NCBI RefSeq assembly: GCF_000315625.1
Contig: NW_005434521.1
Coordinates: 54,525-118,524, forward strand
Direction of reading: 5' to 3'
From: Guillardia theta CCMP2712
Lineage: Eukaryota; Protista; Cryptophyta
DNA: 64,000 nucleotides
In this document: positions 49,589-61,788 of the stretch, piece by piece
How the letters are laid out: each line of letters opens with the position of its first letter
How positions within the stretch are numbered: the first letter of the stretch is position 1
Made by a program: the position numbers and the translations under genes
Notes under the pieces: generated by a model
Databases searched by the model: none
Seen by the model: the letters and a program-made list of their open reading frames with translations, nothing else
What the model was told of the DNA's origin: nothing

Positions 49589-52500
49589 ATGAGGATAAGC
49601 GTTTTTCTTAAGGTTGCTTTGCTTGCACTGGTCTCTCCTTCCGTGGATGCGTTCGTAAGCACCTTCATCGCTCGCCGGGCGCTGTTGCCGTCCGCATGCC
49701 GAGCAAGATGCCACGCGCGGCGACTGAGTGTGTCGTCCTCCTTCGATCAGGGCGATAGCAAGAGCGGGGATGACTTGAAAGACGTCTTCTCTCACCCCAG
49801 CGCTGATCGACCGCACAAGGCACGGGAGGTGCTATCGAGGGACGCGGATGTCGGAGCGGACCTGTCTGACATGACCTCAGCGATCGAGCGTGCTCTGAAG
49901 CATGCAGACTTGGTGCTGCAGGAGACCTCTCATGCCGAGTGGATGCTGAGGGAGGCAGAGCAATCGAAGCAGAAGCAGTTCTTCCTGCAGGAGAAAGAAG
50001 CAGCCATGAAGCGGCTGCAAGGGGAAGGCAGCGACTACCCATCGTTCAACCCGTACATCCAGATGATGCAAGAGTGTGCCGCGAGCGCTTCCAAGGGCCT
50101 CGCAGGACGAGTGGAAGCCTTCCAGACGCTCAAGGACATGGAAGGCCTGGGGATCATTCCCAACCTCTCAACCTACAACGCGCTGATGAACGTGCTGGCA
50201 AAGGCTGCTGCGAGGGGGAAAGCGACCGTGAAGGATGGGCAGGAGGTGCTGAAGATGATCAAGACGCGAGGGTTCACCCCCAGTACCATCACCTACACCA
50301 CGTTCCTGTCTCTGATGGCCAAGTCGGCAAGCTACGGCCACACGGTGCCTCTCGAAGATGGTTTGAACATCCTTGAGAAGATGAAGGAGCAGGAGCTCGG
50401 GATCGACGCGTTCGTGTTTGCCGCGTTGCTGTCACTGTGCACATATGCGCCCATCAAGGAGGGAGAGAGCAGGATTGAGAAGGGCAAGCAGATACTGGCG
50501 TTGATGAGGGAGATGGGGGTTAAGGAGGACATTGTGGTTTACAACGGTTTCCTCGCCATCTGCGCCAAGTGCAACGACGCGAAACTTGAGGACGGGATGG
50601 AGGTGCTTGAGAGCATGAGGGAGAACAAGATCAACCCAGACACCTACACGTTCGCCACTCTGTTCGACCTCTGCGCCAACATTATGCCAAGGAGGCGGGT
50701 GACCATGTCCGATGTACAGAAGATTGTGCAGCAGATGCAGTCCAACAGGGTGCCTCCTAGCACCACGTTGTACAACTCAATCCTCAAGGTGAGGAGCCGG
50801 AGGGGCCGACGGACTTGACTGACTGTGATGGGTCAGGTGTACGTCAAGGCAGCGAGAAGGAAGTGGATTAGCTCTCGTGAGACAGAGGATGTGATCAAGA
50901 CGATGGAAAAGTTGGGTCTGAAGTTGGACAGGTAGTGTTGGTGATTGCGATTGCGATTGTGGTGCTGGTGGAGATTGAGATGATGGAGATGATGATGATC
51001 ACGCCATGAAGATGTTATCCCACTCCACGACTCTATGTGATGATGATGATTGGATGTACCAAGTTGGAATAATTCGTCTGAAATGACTCTGCCGTCAAGG
51101 ATCACTTATGGGACTTGGCTTGACATTCTTCGATATGCCGCTTTGAATGGGCTTGCAAAGCGAGGCGATGCCAAGAAAGTCATCGACAAGGTACGGGGGG
51201 AGGGGAGAAGAGGAGATGGTGGGGGAAGAGGAGGAGAGTGGGGCGAAGGGGAAAGGGAGGAGAAGGGGGAGACTGTGGAGGCAGAAGTTGATGGCTGCTG
51301 GAAGATGAGAGAAAGCGGGATGGCTCCGTCGAGCGAGATGTACCATCTTTGGTTGGACGTGATCCTCAAAGAGGCTACGAATGGAGCAGCGACTGTGCGA
51401 GACGGCATTGAAGTCGTCAAGTTCATGCAGAAAGTTGGGCAGGTGACTGATGAGTCGTTGATAGGCTGCTGCTTCTGCTGCTGTGCCGCTCACTCCTGCT
51501 CCTGCTGCTGCTCCTGCTGCTGCTCTTGTTCCTGCTGCTGCTCCTGGTCGCTCACCAGAGCTCGCAGATCCCTTCCTCTCGCGCATTCAATCGCCTCTTG
51601 AGCATCGGGGTGAAGGCAGCGAAGAACGGCAAGGATAGGATCGGTACTACCTGGCACTGCCCCCGTGCTCTCCTTACCCTCTCACCTCAAGATGCCGGGC
51701 TGGAGGTGCTGGAGCTGATGAAGACCGAAGAGATCCCCCTCTCGTCAGTCTCTCTTTCAACCTTCATCCAGATGGCAAAGGCTGAAGGCAGCCAGCGGGC
51801 CGTGAGCGAGGCCTGGAAGGTGACACTCCACCCCTCTTCTATCCTCTCTCCTGCTCCGTTTTTCCTCTATCCTCTTCGTTCGTTGGCCACCCTTGCAACA
51901 CCCACCTTGTCCCCCCTCCCTTCCTCCCTCTCCAAGTCCCCCCTCTCTCTGCCTCACTCCGCGTCCCCTCCTCCCTCGCATCCCTCACGCTCACTCGCTT
52001 CCCAGCTTTTCATCGCCTCTCCACCGAGCATCAGGAACGAGCAAGTGTACACCGCTATGATGTCCACGTTAGTCAGGGCCAAACAGGTGCTTCCTCCTCT
52101 GCTGCCTTTCTCTACCAGTGATTTCCCCCTCCCTCCCTTCAGAGGCACACGGCAAGCTCGCTGCTGGACATGGCGAAGAAGGATGGGCTGAAACCCAACG
52201 TCTACATGATCAACTCAGCCATGGGGGCCTGCACCACTCCTGAAGACATCCTCAAGGTCCTTCTCCTCTCCTCCTCTCCCTCCCTCTCCCTTCCATTCTC
52301 TGCTCTCGCTTCCTCTCCCTGTGATTCTCTGTCCTCCCTTCCTCTCCCTTCCATTCTCTGCTCCCCTCTCCCCTTTGTCCGCATTCTCCTCTCTCCTCTC
52401 TCCTCGTGTCCAACCTGACGCTCTCTAACACCTGGCGCAGCTTTGGGAGGAGATGCAGGCGAGTGGCCTCGAGAAGGATGCCGTCACCAACAAGTACCTC

Positions 52501-52740
52501 AAGCTCGCGAGCAAGGGAAGAGCTCCCTTCTCTCAGCCGCTCGGTGATCCTCTCCTCCTCGTTTTCGTCCCTCTTGTGCCTCTCCTCGTCCCGTCATCGT
52601 CCTCTCCTCCTCCTCCTCGTCCTCTCCCCCCATGTTGTTCCCTCCTACACGCCCTTGTCAAGACCGGGGCTGACGAGGCTGGTTCAGCAGGGAGAAAGTT
52701 TGGGGGAAGACCGAAGGTTCAGAATCAGTCAGAGGAATGA
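49589..52740 (+). CDS. Plastid-targeted PPR-like protein with 40-aa repeats (paralogue 1), multi-exon
   Basis: Signal peptide MRISVFLKVALLALVSPSVDA|F and transit peptide, then about 10 repeats of type P(N/S/D)xxTYNxL...AK...DG..VL..M...G, then a shorter C-terminal cap. Confidence 0.88.
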
Positions 52741-53022
52741 CGCCACACTCGTTCAGCCCCATCGACTTTTCTCGTTCTCCTGACATGACTCGACCTCTTC
52801 TATTCTTCATTCTTTTTCCTCACTAGTTTTGTTGAGATTACCACCAGCTCGAATGGTGACGAAAAAATAAATGTTCCCGGGACCCATGCTTCTTCTTAGC
52901 ACCACATCGTCCTCGTCCTCCTNNNNNNNNNNNNNNNNNNNNNNNNNNNNNNNNNNNNNNNNNNNNNNNNNNNNNNNNNNNNNNNNNNNNNNNNNNNNNN
53001 NNNNNNNNNNNNNNNNNNNNNN

Positions 53023-53083
<61 letters not shown>

Positions 53084-53342
53084 TGTCCTCCTCGTCGTCC
53101 TCGTCCTTGTCCTCCTTGTCCTACTCGTCGTCGTCGTCGTCGTCGTCCTCCTGGTTGTCCATACCTCTCGGTTGTGCTCAATTTGTAGCTTCCCATACCC
53201 ACACCCCCACAAACTGTACCCCCACCCCTTATCATAGTCTTATTATACCCCCTCTCTCGAAGCAAGCTATAGACCCCTACCCCCTTGTTGACAATTGTTT
53301 TTCTACTCTGCAACCCCCCATCGCGTATTCCTCGCACCGGCC

Positions 53343-55031
53343 ATGGCGGCCCTGGCGAAGGATGTCGAGCGTTTGCTGAAGAGAAGGAAGATTGAGCGAG
53401 AGGATCGGCAGGACATGTTAGACTCCGTCCTCTCCTCTCTTCAGAAGGCCCTCACATCCCTACAAGGCAGTGAAGGTAAGGAAAACCTTGACACCTCCCT
53501 TCCCTTCTCCCTCCTCTCCTCCCCTGCTAACGCTCGAAGCAACTTGCCAGCGACCAGCTGGGTGGTTGTCTTGAGCTAAGCGCTTGTAGTCTGTCCTCAA
53601 ACGTTTCCTCTGTGTCTCCCTATCCCTCGACTTGCTCTCCTCTCCTGTGTAAATCCCTTGCATGTTGAGAGGGAGTTTGTGCTGTAGCTGAAACAACATG
53701 GCGCGCGGCGCATGCTGCATCGCCTCGAAACCCTGCACCCATGCCCCTGACTGTGACGCCAGATTCGATGCAGTGCGAGACGAAGGAGGGAGGAGAGAAG
53801 CGCGCAGAGGCGGAAGAAGTTGCACAAGTCCTGGAGACCCTTGAAGGAGAGCTGAGCCTGGAACTCTGGACGGAGAAGCTGGAGGCGGACTACAAGGGGC
53901 TGAACATCCAGCTCAACAAGGTGGGCAAGAGCGTCGACAAGACCATGCCGCCCGACCTCGAGCGAGCATGCAGGCCGATACAGCATAGCGAGTCACAAGT
54001 GAACCAGGTCATCTTTGACCACCTGGTGCGGTCGGGGAGACTCGAGATAGCTCGGTGCTTCGCCAAGGAGGCAGGGATCCCCTTCAAGGAGGAGGACGTT
54101 CAGCCCTACGTCGAGATCTACTGCATCTCCCGGGACATCGGCCAGCAGGAGCTCGACAGCGCCTGCAAATTCGCCAGCGTGCATGCTGGCAGGCTGGAGG
54201 AAGTGGACAGCGCACTACCCTTTCACCTGGCCAAGATGAAGTTCCTGCAGCTGCTGCAGAGAGGCTGCGAGGAGGAGGCGGTAGCGCACGCTCGCAAGAA
54301 GTTCCCCTCCTTCTACGAGAGGCACCGCAAGGAAATCCTCCCGCTCTTCGGCTGCCTGGCCTTCCAACGAAGGGCAGGTGCCTCCCCCTACAAGAGCCTC
54401 TTCGATCCCCAGCTGTGGGTCCAGCTATCGCAGCTCTTCAAGAAGGAGGGCAGCAGGGCCCTGGGCCTGTCGTGCGACACTCCCCTCATCGTCTGCGTGC
54501 ATGCCGGCATCGCCGCGCTCCCCAAGCTCTACAAGTTCGCCACCGTCATGACAGAGAAGCTCGGGGAGCTCAGTAGCGGGACGACCCTGCCGATCGAGGT
54601 CAAGCTTCACCGCGACTTCCAGTACCATAGCGTCTTCATGTGCCCAGTCTCCCGCGAACAGGCGAGAAATCTTCTTCATCTCCTTCCTCCTCTCCTCGCC
54701 CCCCCGCCCTCTTACTGCCTCCTCATCTTCCTTCCCTCGATCCTGCGACAGCATTCTTGACTCAACACTCCTCTGACCTCTTCTCCTTCTTTCCTCCCGG
54801 GCTGCTCTTGGATCTCCTCCTGCTCCTGCTCCCGCCCCCCCTCCCCCCCCCTCTTCCTCCACGTCTGACTCTCCCTAGGCGTCTCATGACAACCCTCCGA
54901 CCCTCCTGCAGTGCGGGCACGTGCTGTGCGAGCTCTCGCTCAAGAAGCTCACGAGAAGCGCTGGCCGGCTCAAGTGCCCCTACTGTCCTCGGGAAGTGAG
55001 CCTCAGCGGGAGCGTGAGACTGACGTTCTAA
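53343..55031 (+). CDS. RMND5: RMND5/Gid2 E3 ligase subunit of the CTLH/GID complex
   Basis: LisH (VNQVIFDHLVRSGRLEIARCFAKEAG), CTLH/CRA helices, YHSVFMCPVSREQ, and degenerate RING CGHVLC...LKCPYCP; ends SVRLTF*. Confidence 0.92.
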
Positions 55032-55173
55032 GGGAGGAAGCGACAAGGAGGAGATAGTGGACAGATCGATCTTGGCAAGAGTGCAAGGGAAGGGAGAGGA
55101 ACGGTAAGAAGGAGGAGGGAGGAGGAGGAGGAGGAGGAGGAGGAGGAGGAGGAAGGAGGAGGAGGAGGAGGAG

Positions 55174-55757
55174 NNNNNNNNNNNNNNNNNNNNNNNNNNN
55201 NNNNNNNNNNNNNNNNNNNNNNNNNNNNNNNNNNNNNNNNNNNNNNNNNNNNNNNNNNNNNNNNNNNNNNNNNNNNNNNNNNNNNNNNNNNNNNNNNNNN
55301 NNNNNNNNNNNNNNNNNNNNNNNNNNNNNNNNNNNNNNNNNNNNNNNNNNNNNNNNNNNNNNNNNNNNNNNNNNNNNNNNNNNNNNNNNNNNNNNNNNNN
55401 NNNNNNNNNNNNNNNNNNNNNNNNNNNNNNNNNNNNNNNNNNNNNNNNNNNNNNNNNNNNNNNNNNNNNNNNNNNNNNNNNNNNNNNNNNNNNNNNNNNN
55501 NNNNNNNNNNNNNNNNNNNNNNNNNNNNNNNNNNNNNNNNNNNNNNNNNNNNNNNNNNNNNNNNNNNNNNNNNNNNNNNNNNNNNNNNNNNNNNNNNNNN
55601 NNNNNNNNNNNNNNNNNNNNNNNNNNNNNNNNNNNNNNNNNNNNNNNNNNNNNNNNNNNNNNNNNNNNNNNNNNNNNNNNNNNNNNNNNNNNNNNNNNNN
55701 NNNNNNNNNNNNNNNNNNNNNNNNNNNNNNNNNNNNNNNNNNNNNNNNNNNNNNNNN
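55174..55757. other. Assembly gap (largest of about ten N runs in the window)
   Basis: Run of N. Most gaps abut purine or pyrimidine microsatellites. Confidence 0.99.
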
Positions 55758-55759
55758 NG

Positions 55760-58510
55760 GAGTTGATCGTTGATGAAAGCCGAAGATAAGACGGAGGGGA
55801 AGTCCAAGGAAGAAGTCTGCATTGAGAGGAAGAAATCGAAAGAGGTGAAGGAGGCGAGAGTAGGGGAAAGAAGAGAGAGGAGGAGAGCCGCCGGAGTGAG
55901 GAGGAGGAGGGAGGAGTGGGAGAAAATCGTCAACACCGCTAAAGAGGAAGAGGAGATTTCATCATCACCAAGGTAGCTGATGATGATCGTGATGATCTGA
56001 ACCACTCAATGTCAGTCTCAGGCACCACAATCTCAATCCATCCTCCCCTCCTACCAAGTCTCCTCCTTCTTTCGTCTCCCCTACGCTCTCCTCCCCCTCT
56101 CCCTCCTCTTGCTCACCTTCGTGGATCCGATCAGTACGAGGTTGGAGGCAACGGCAAAGACGACTCCAGCAACGAAAGTCTCAAGAGTTTCCTGATGGCA
56201 ACGGGGAGGAGGGAGAGGGGAAGGAGAGCGGGTGAGAAAGAAAGACGGACAAGACGATATGAGAATTACCTTCACGGGGAAAACCCACGACAATCCTCGC
56301 GCTTTGATGAAGGGGATGATGGACTGAATGGTGTAAGCGGGAGAGGTGGAGTGAGTGGAGGGGGAGGGAGGGAGGGAGGGAGGGAGGGAGGGAGGGAGGG
56401 AGGGATGGAGGGAGGCAGGAAGGGAAGGGGATGCCAGGAACAAGATTACCTCGTAGACAAAACTCTCAAGAACACAGAATTCCAACCTCACTCTGACAAG
56501 CTCAGGATGAGAAAGAGAGGAACCGAAAACGAGGATAGAGGAAGGAGACGAAGTTATGTCGAGTCGCAGGGGAGTGAAGGAGCGACGGAGTGAGGGAGTG
56601 AGGGAGTGAGGGAGTGAGGAGAGGGATGGGAGGCATGAGAACGGCGAGGGTGGGAGAGGAGAGCAAAGGATTCTACCTGAGCAAGCTTCCAGCAATCAGA
56701 GGAGCATATTCCTTCAAAATGTCAATAAATCACCTCCTCCTCCTCCTCCTCCCCCACCAAAACAATCCCTCCCCTCCTCCTCCTCCTGCTGCTCTCAGGG
56801 CGTCACCTGGTATGTGTCCTTCCCTGCCACCTTGTACACAACCTGCTGGGCAATGCGATAGAAGCGATCGGCGATCTGGTAGCTCACTGTCAGCAGGGCG
56901 ACAGCTGGGGTTTCTTGTCTTTGCCTGGCAGACAGGAACAAACGTGGAAGGGTCCAGCTGCAGGTCACCTAGCTCCTTAAGGTTCAATCCTCCCTGCAGC
57001 AAACTTGTTAGAGCTTTGTCCTCCCTCCTTCCACCTCCTCGCTCGCTCGCTTCCCTCGATCTCCTCCCTCCCTCTCTCCTGCCTGCCTCCCTAAATCTCC
57101 TTCCTTTCTCCTATCCCCTCCTGCCTCCTCCATGTATCTCCTCCTTCCTCCTCTTCCTCGTCCCCGGTCTCTACACTCCTCTACTTCTCCCTCACCTGAA
57201 TGTTCGGCATGGCCGGATTCCCCACTGCAGCGTTTGCCGCTCCCGCGAAACTACCTGGAATCCGAAGTCGGAGAGGAGGAGAAGGAGGAGGAGGAGGAGG
57301 AGGAGGAGGAGGAGGAGGAGGAGAGTTACCCCGACGGGGCTGCTGCTGCCATTTCGACGGCTCCAGTAGCCGCGCTGTTGACAGAGGACAGCATGCTTTC
57401 AAGCAGCTCAGGGGAAGGAAGGAACAGGCCAGCAAAAATCACTCCGAGCCAAATCTGTGGAGGAATGAGGTGGGGACGGGCCGGAGTAGAGGAAGAGGTA
57501 GAGGTAGAGGTAGAGAGGTAGAGGTGGAGGTAGAGGTAGAGGTAGAGGTGGAGGTAGAGGTAGAGGTAGAGGTAGAGGTAGAGGGAGAGGGAGAGGTGGA
57601 GGTGGAGGTGGAGGTAGAGGTAGAGGTAGAGGTAGAGGTAGAGGTAGAGGGAGAGGGAGAGGGAGAGGGAGAGGTAGAGGTAGAGGTAGAGGTAGAGGTA
57701 GAGGAAGAGTTTAGAAGTGGTGGAGGTAGAGATAGAGGGAGAGTTAGCAGTGGTGATGAGCAAACGGGTCAGGGAAGGAGGGCCAATCTCACCGGCAGCA
57801 GCGCTATGGAAGGGAGAGTTTCCCTCTGTTTGTCCACCTCCTCCCTTGCCTCCTGGCCGAGTTGCTCATGCGAGAAGGGGTTGCCGAGCAGACTGAAGGG
57901 CTTCCCCTCGTCCTCCCTCCTCCTCTGCGCCCGCAGGGACAGAAGCTGCGGACGACACCGCGGCCTCACTTGAAGATGCGCCGCAGGTCTTTCCATTGCG
58001 GTTCTCCGCGGAAGCTGAGCAGCGAAAGGCACATGGAACGCCTTCACACCGCAGACGAAGGCTGAAAGAAGTGAGCGTATCAGGCAAAGTGATTCAAAGT
58101 GATTCAAAGGGGTTCAATGCCTCTGCTGACATGCAGTCAAGTCGCACTGATGAGCTTCTCTAGAAGTGATGGATCTACGATCAGCTCTCTAGAGACCATC
58201 TGCACACGCCACTACTTTCCCTCCTGTTTCATGTGAACAGGTTCCTGTTCCTGTATGAATTCACGCCCTTCTTCCCCGACCCAACTCATCTCGTATCACC
58301 TTTCCTGCGACTGCACCTATCCATCTTCTGTTGCTGCTCATGATGGTCGTGCCGCTCCTCTTCCTCCTCCTGATCCCCCCTCCCGAAACTCCTCCTCCCC
58401 TACCCTCCCCTGCCTGCCTGCCTACCTGCCTGCCTGTTCTCCCTCCCTCCCTCCCTCCTGCTGCTCCCGCTCGGCTTACCTGCCATAAGCCATAGACGTC
58501 CTGCCATCAT
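55760..58510 (-). CDS. Probable plastid-targeted membrane protein of unknown function, multi-exon; 3' end lost in gap
   Basis: First exon MMAGRLWLMA|gtaag splices in phase to AFVCGVKA-FHVPF, giving a signal peptide + Phe motif. Later exons are EYAPLIAGSLL, RVRLEFCVLESFVYE, IIPFIKARGLSWVFP and ETLETFVAGVVFAVASNLVLIGSTK. Confidence 0.72.
57486..57705. repeat. Intronic hexamer microsatellite (GTAGAG)n with GGAGAG/GTGGAG variants
   Basis: Directly visible. Confidence 0.93.
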
Positions 58511-59058
58511 TCCAGTGATCCTTGTGACCCTACCCCCGCCAATCACCCACCCTCCACCAACACTTTGATTTTCATTTGACACAGACCCCTCCATCACCGC
58601 GAAATCATTTATCTTCGAAGGGGGTACTTTGATACAAGAACCGGTAGTCTTACTACCCCCACCCACAAATGACATAATTTGAATTAGGATTTCTTACACC
58701 CCAGCATTTTCGATTTTCTCGTGCCATATTTCAATGTAATCTCAAGTATTTCAAATTATTCAAGTATTCAGGCCCGCCCCATCATTCCCTGGAACCCATT
58801 TCGATTTGAGGGTCATGCATCGAAATGTTTCTCAAAATCACGAAATTATCAGGAGATATTTTCAAGTGGGCAGGAAAACTCATGTACCCCATATGAAATC
58901 ATTGTACCTTACCATGGTCAGGAGTACCCCCTCTATTCCCACAGTGTACCCCATTTCAGGACCTATTACACACCCATACCTCCCTACCCCCTTTATCTAC
59001 TACCCCCTTTCCTCCCACCCCCACCCTAGTATCGAATCTTACCCCGACAGCAGCCTCC

Positions 59059-60078
59059 ATGGCGAGGCATCGCACGCTCATGATACCGATCATGGCGGCT
59101 GTTGCTCTCAGCTTGAGCTCCTCCTCCTCCTTCTCTCCTCCCCCTCTTCATCTCTCCTCATCTCTTGCCTCACAGTCCCTCTCCCCCCCCCCTCTCAGCT
59201 CCTCCTTCTTCCTCTCATCATTATCGTCGACCTCTGTCCTCCCCGTTGCATCCTCCCGTCCTCCTGCTGGCCTCTCTCTCCCACTCTCTCCTTCAACTGG
59301 CTTCGTAAGTCCTGCCATATTTTCCCGATGCTCTGCAGCCTCCGTGTGCCAAACACAGGGGAAGTTCCATGACAGCCGAAGGAATCCATGGTCGACCTGG
59401 CAACGCCCGCCGCCTTCGATTCTGGCCCATCATGGGCATCGCAGGGGCGGTGCCTTGTCCCTGTCCTCCAGCAGCTTCTTCCAAGAATTCAGCACCTTCA
59501 CCTCCATCGAGTTCGCAGCGGGCAATGGCATGCTCGACCTGCCGTCTGCCGTAACTGCGGTTGAGAACCTTCTCGAAGCCTCGGAGGCTCAGCCGAGGAC
59601 GTTGGACTTCATGGCAGCGCTCGGCGCCTGCTACATCGCGGCAGACAGTCCGAGGGAGGACTCGAGCATGCAGGACATATGGAGGATCGTGAGTTGTGAG
59701 GCTGGGCAAGGAGCATGTCGTGCTGACGATGGTGATGGGTCAGGTGAAGAAGTTCGAGGAAAGGAAGGTGGTTCCGAACAAGATGACCGGAACGCACTTC
59801 ATCGGGGTAGTTGTCAAGCTCGCTTCTGTTGGCAAGGCGGGGGTTGCAGACGGTTTTGAGGTGCTGGAGTGGTGTAAGGAGCAAGAAGTGGACACGGACT
59901 TCGTGATTATAGCTCAGGTCGTACGAGGAGGCGATGATTGTGATTGTGATGGTGATGGTGATGGTGATGGTGATTGTGATTGTGATGGTGATTGTGATGG
60001 GGATGGTGATGGTGATGGTGATGGTGATTGTGATGGTGATGGTGATGATGATGGTGGTGGTGGTGGTGGTGGTGATGG

Positions 60079-60140
<62 letters not shown>

Positions 60141-61752
60141 TTGATGATGATGATGCTGCATGCGATTGCACTGATGTATCGGCTGAGTTTGGTTGGAGCA
60201 GATGATGAATGTCTGTGCAAAAGCTGCAGGCTTCGGAGCAGCATCCTACAAGGAGCTGAGGGAGGTGAGGATAGATATTNNNNNNNNNNNNNNNNNNNNN
60301 NNNNNNNNNNNNNNNNNNNNNNNNNNNNNNNNNNNNNNNNNNNNNNNNNNNNNNNNNNNNNNNNNNNNNNNNNNNNNNNNNNNNNNNNNNNNNNNNNNNN
60401 NNNNNNNNNNNNNNTTTCCTTCCCGGTCCCACCATGTCTCAATTGCAGCTCTCTTTGTTTCCGTCATCCCTCTTGTTCTCTCACCCTTCCTCCGCTCTTC
60501 CAGCCCCCCCCCTTTCCCCCCTCCTTTCCCCTCTTCACCGCCCTTCCTCTTCTCCTCTTCCTCCTCTCTTCCTTCCCTTCCCTTCCCTCCTCCTCCTCCT
60601 CTTCTCTCTCCCTCGTTCTCTCATCCCAGCACTCTCCCTCGAGCAACTTGACTCGTCTCTCATTCGCGGGCGCAGGTGGTGGAGTGGGCGAAAGGATTAG
60701 GGGTCAAGCAGCACCTCAACGTGTTCTCCTTCACCTCCATGATGGACGGAGTTGCCAAGGCGGCTACGAGGAGGAACGCGACGGTAGAGGACGGAGATGA
60801 AGTGATGAAGCTTATGAGCGAGTACGGCATCAGGCCCAACTCCCGCACCTTCTCCTCCTACTTCACTGTCTGCGCCAACGTGGCAGCGCACGTGAGGGTG
60901 AAGACGATGGACCAGGCGAGGATGCGATGGGAGCAGATGACGGCGAGCGACTTACAGCCGATGACGGGAACTTTCAACGCGTACCTCAACTGCCTGGCAA
61001 AGAACGCCATGTTCCTGGAGCAGCCGCTGGCGGAGGGGAGAGAAGTAATCAGGATTATGAAGGAAAATGAGCTGGAGAGGAACGAGACGACCTACCTCTC
61101 CCTCATCGAGATCATCCAGCGGAGCCTCGTGTCGCACCCGAAAGAGGGAAAGAAGAAGGACAGGAACGATGATGCTGATGATGATGATGAGGTGGTAGGT
61201 GAGGATCCGGTGGAGGAAGCGTTCGGCGTGGTGGAGGAGATGAAGGAGGAGGAGATCGAAGTGACCTGTGCCACCTACAACGCCATCACCGCGGTGATCG
61301 CAAAGGCAGTGGTGGCAGGGAAGGATAACGTGAAGGAGAGCCTGGAGCGGGTGGATCGGGAGATGGAGGAGCGGGGGATTTCGCCCGACGTCTCCTCCTT
61401 CGCTACGAGAATGGAGATCATCGCGAAACTGACGGGGAGGGGAAGGGCGACATTCTCCGACGGCATCCAGCTGCTGCAGGAGATGAGGAAGCAGGGGATA
61501 TCCCCCACCACCAACGTCTTCAACATCCTCATGGACGTCACGGCCAAGGCGTCGGCCAATGGAAATGTGAGCTTGCGCCTCCTGCTTCTTCTCCTGCTCC
61601 TTCTCCTGCTCCTTCTCCTGCTTCTGCTACTGCTACTGCTACTACTTCTTCTCCTGCCCCTGCTCCTGCTTCTTCTCCTGCTCTTGCTCCTGCCCCTGCT
61701 TCTTCTCCTGCTCCTGCTCCTGCTTCTTCTCCTGCTCCTGCTCCTGCTTCTT

Positions 61753-61788
<36 letters not shown>

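Noticed and set aside
58085-58132. 10-bp duplication (TTGAATCACT x2) appearing to frameshift a start codon, suggesting a pseudogene
   Set aside because: It lies within a plausible first intron. The upstream exon at 58510 splices in phase and gives a good signal peptide.
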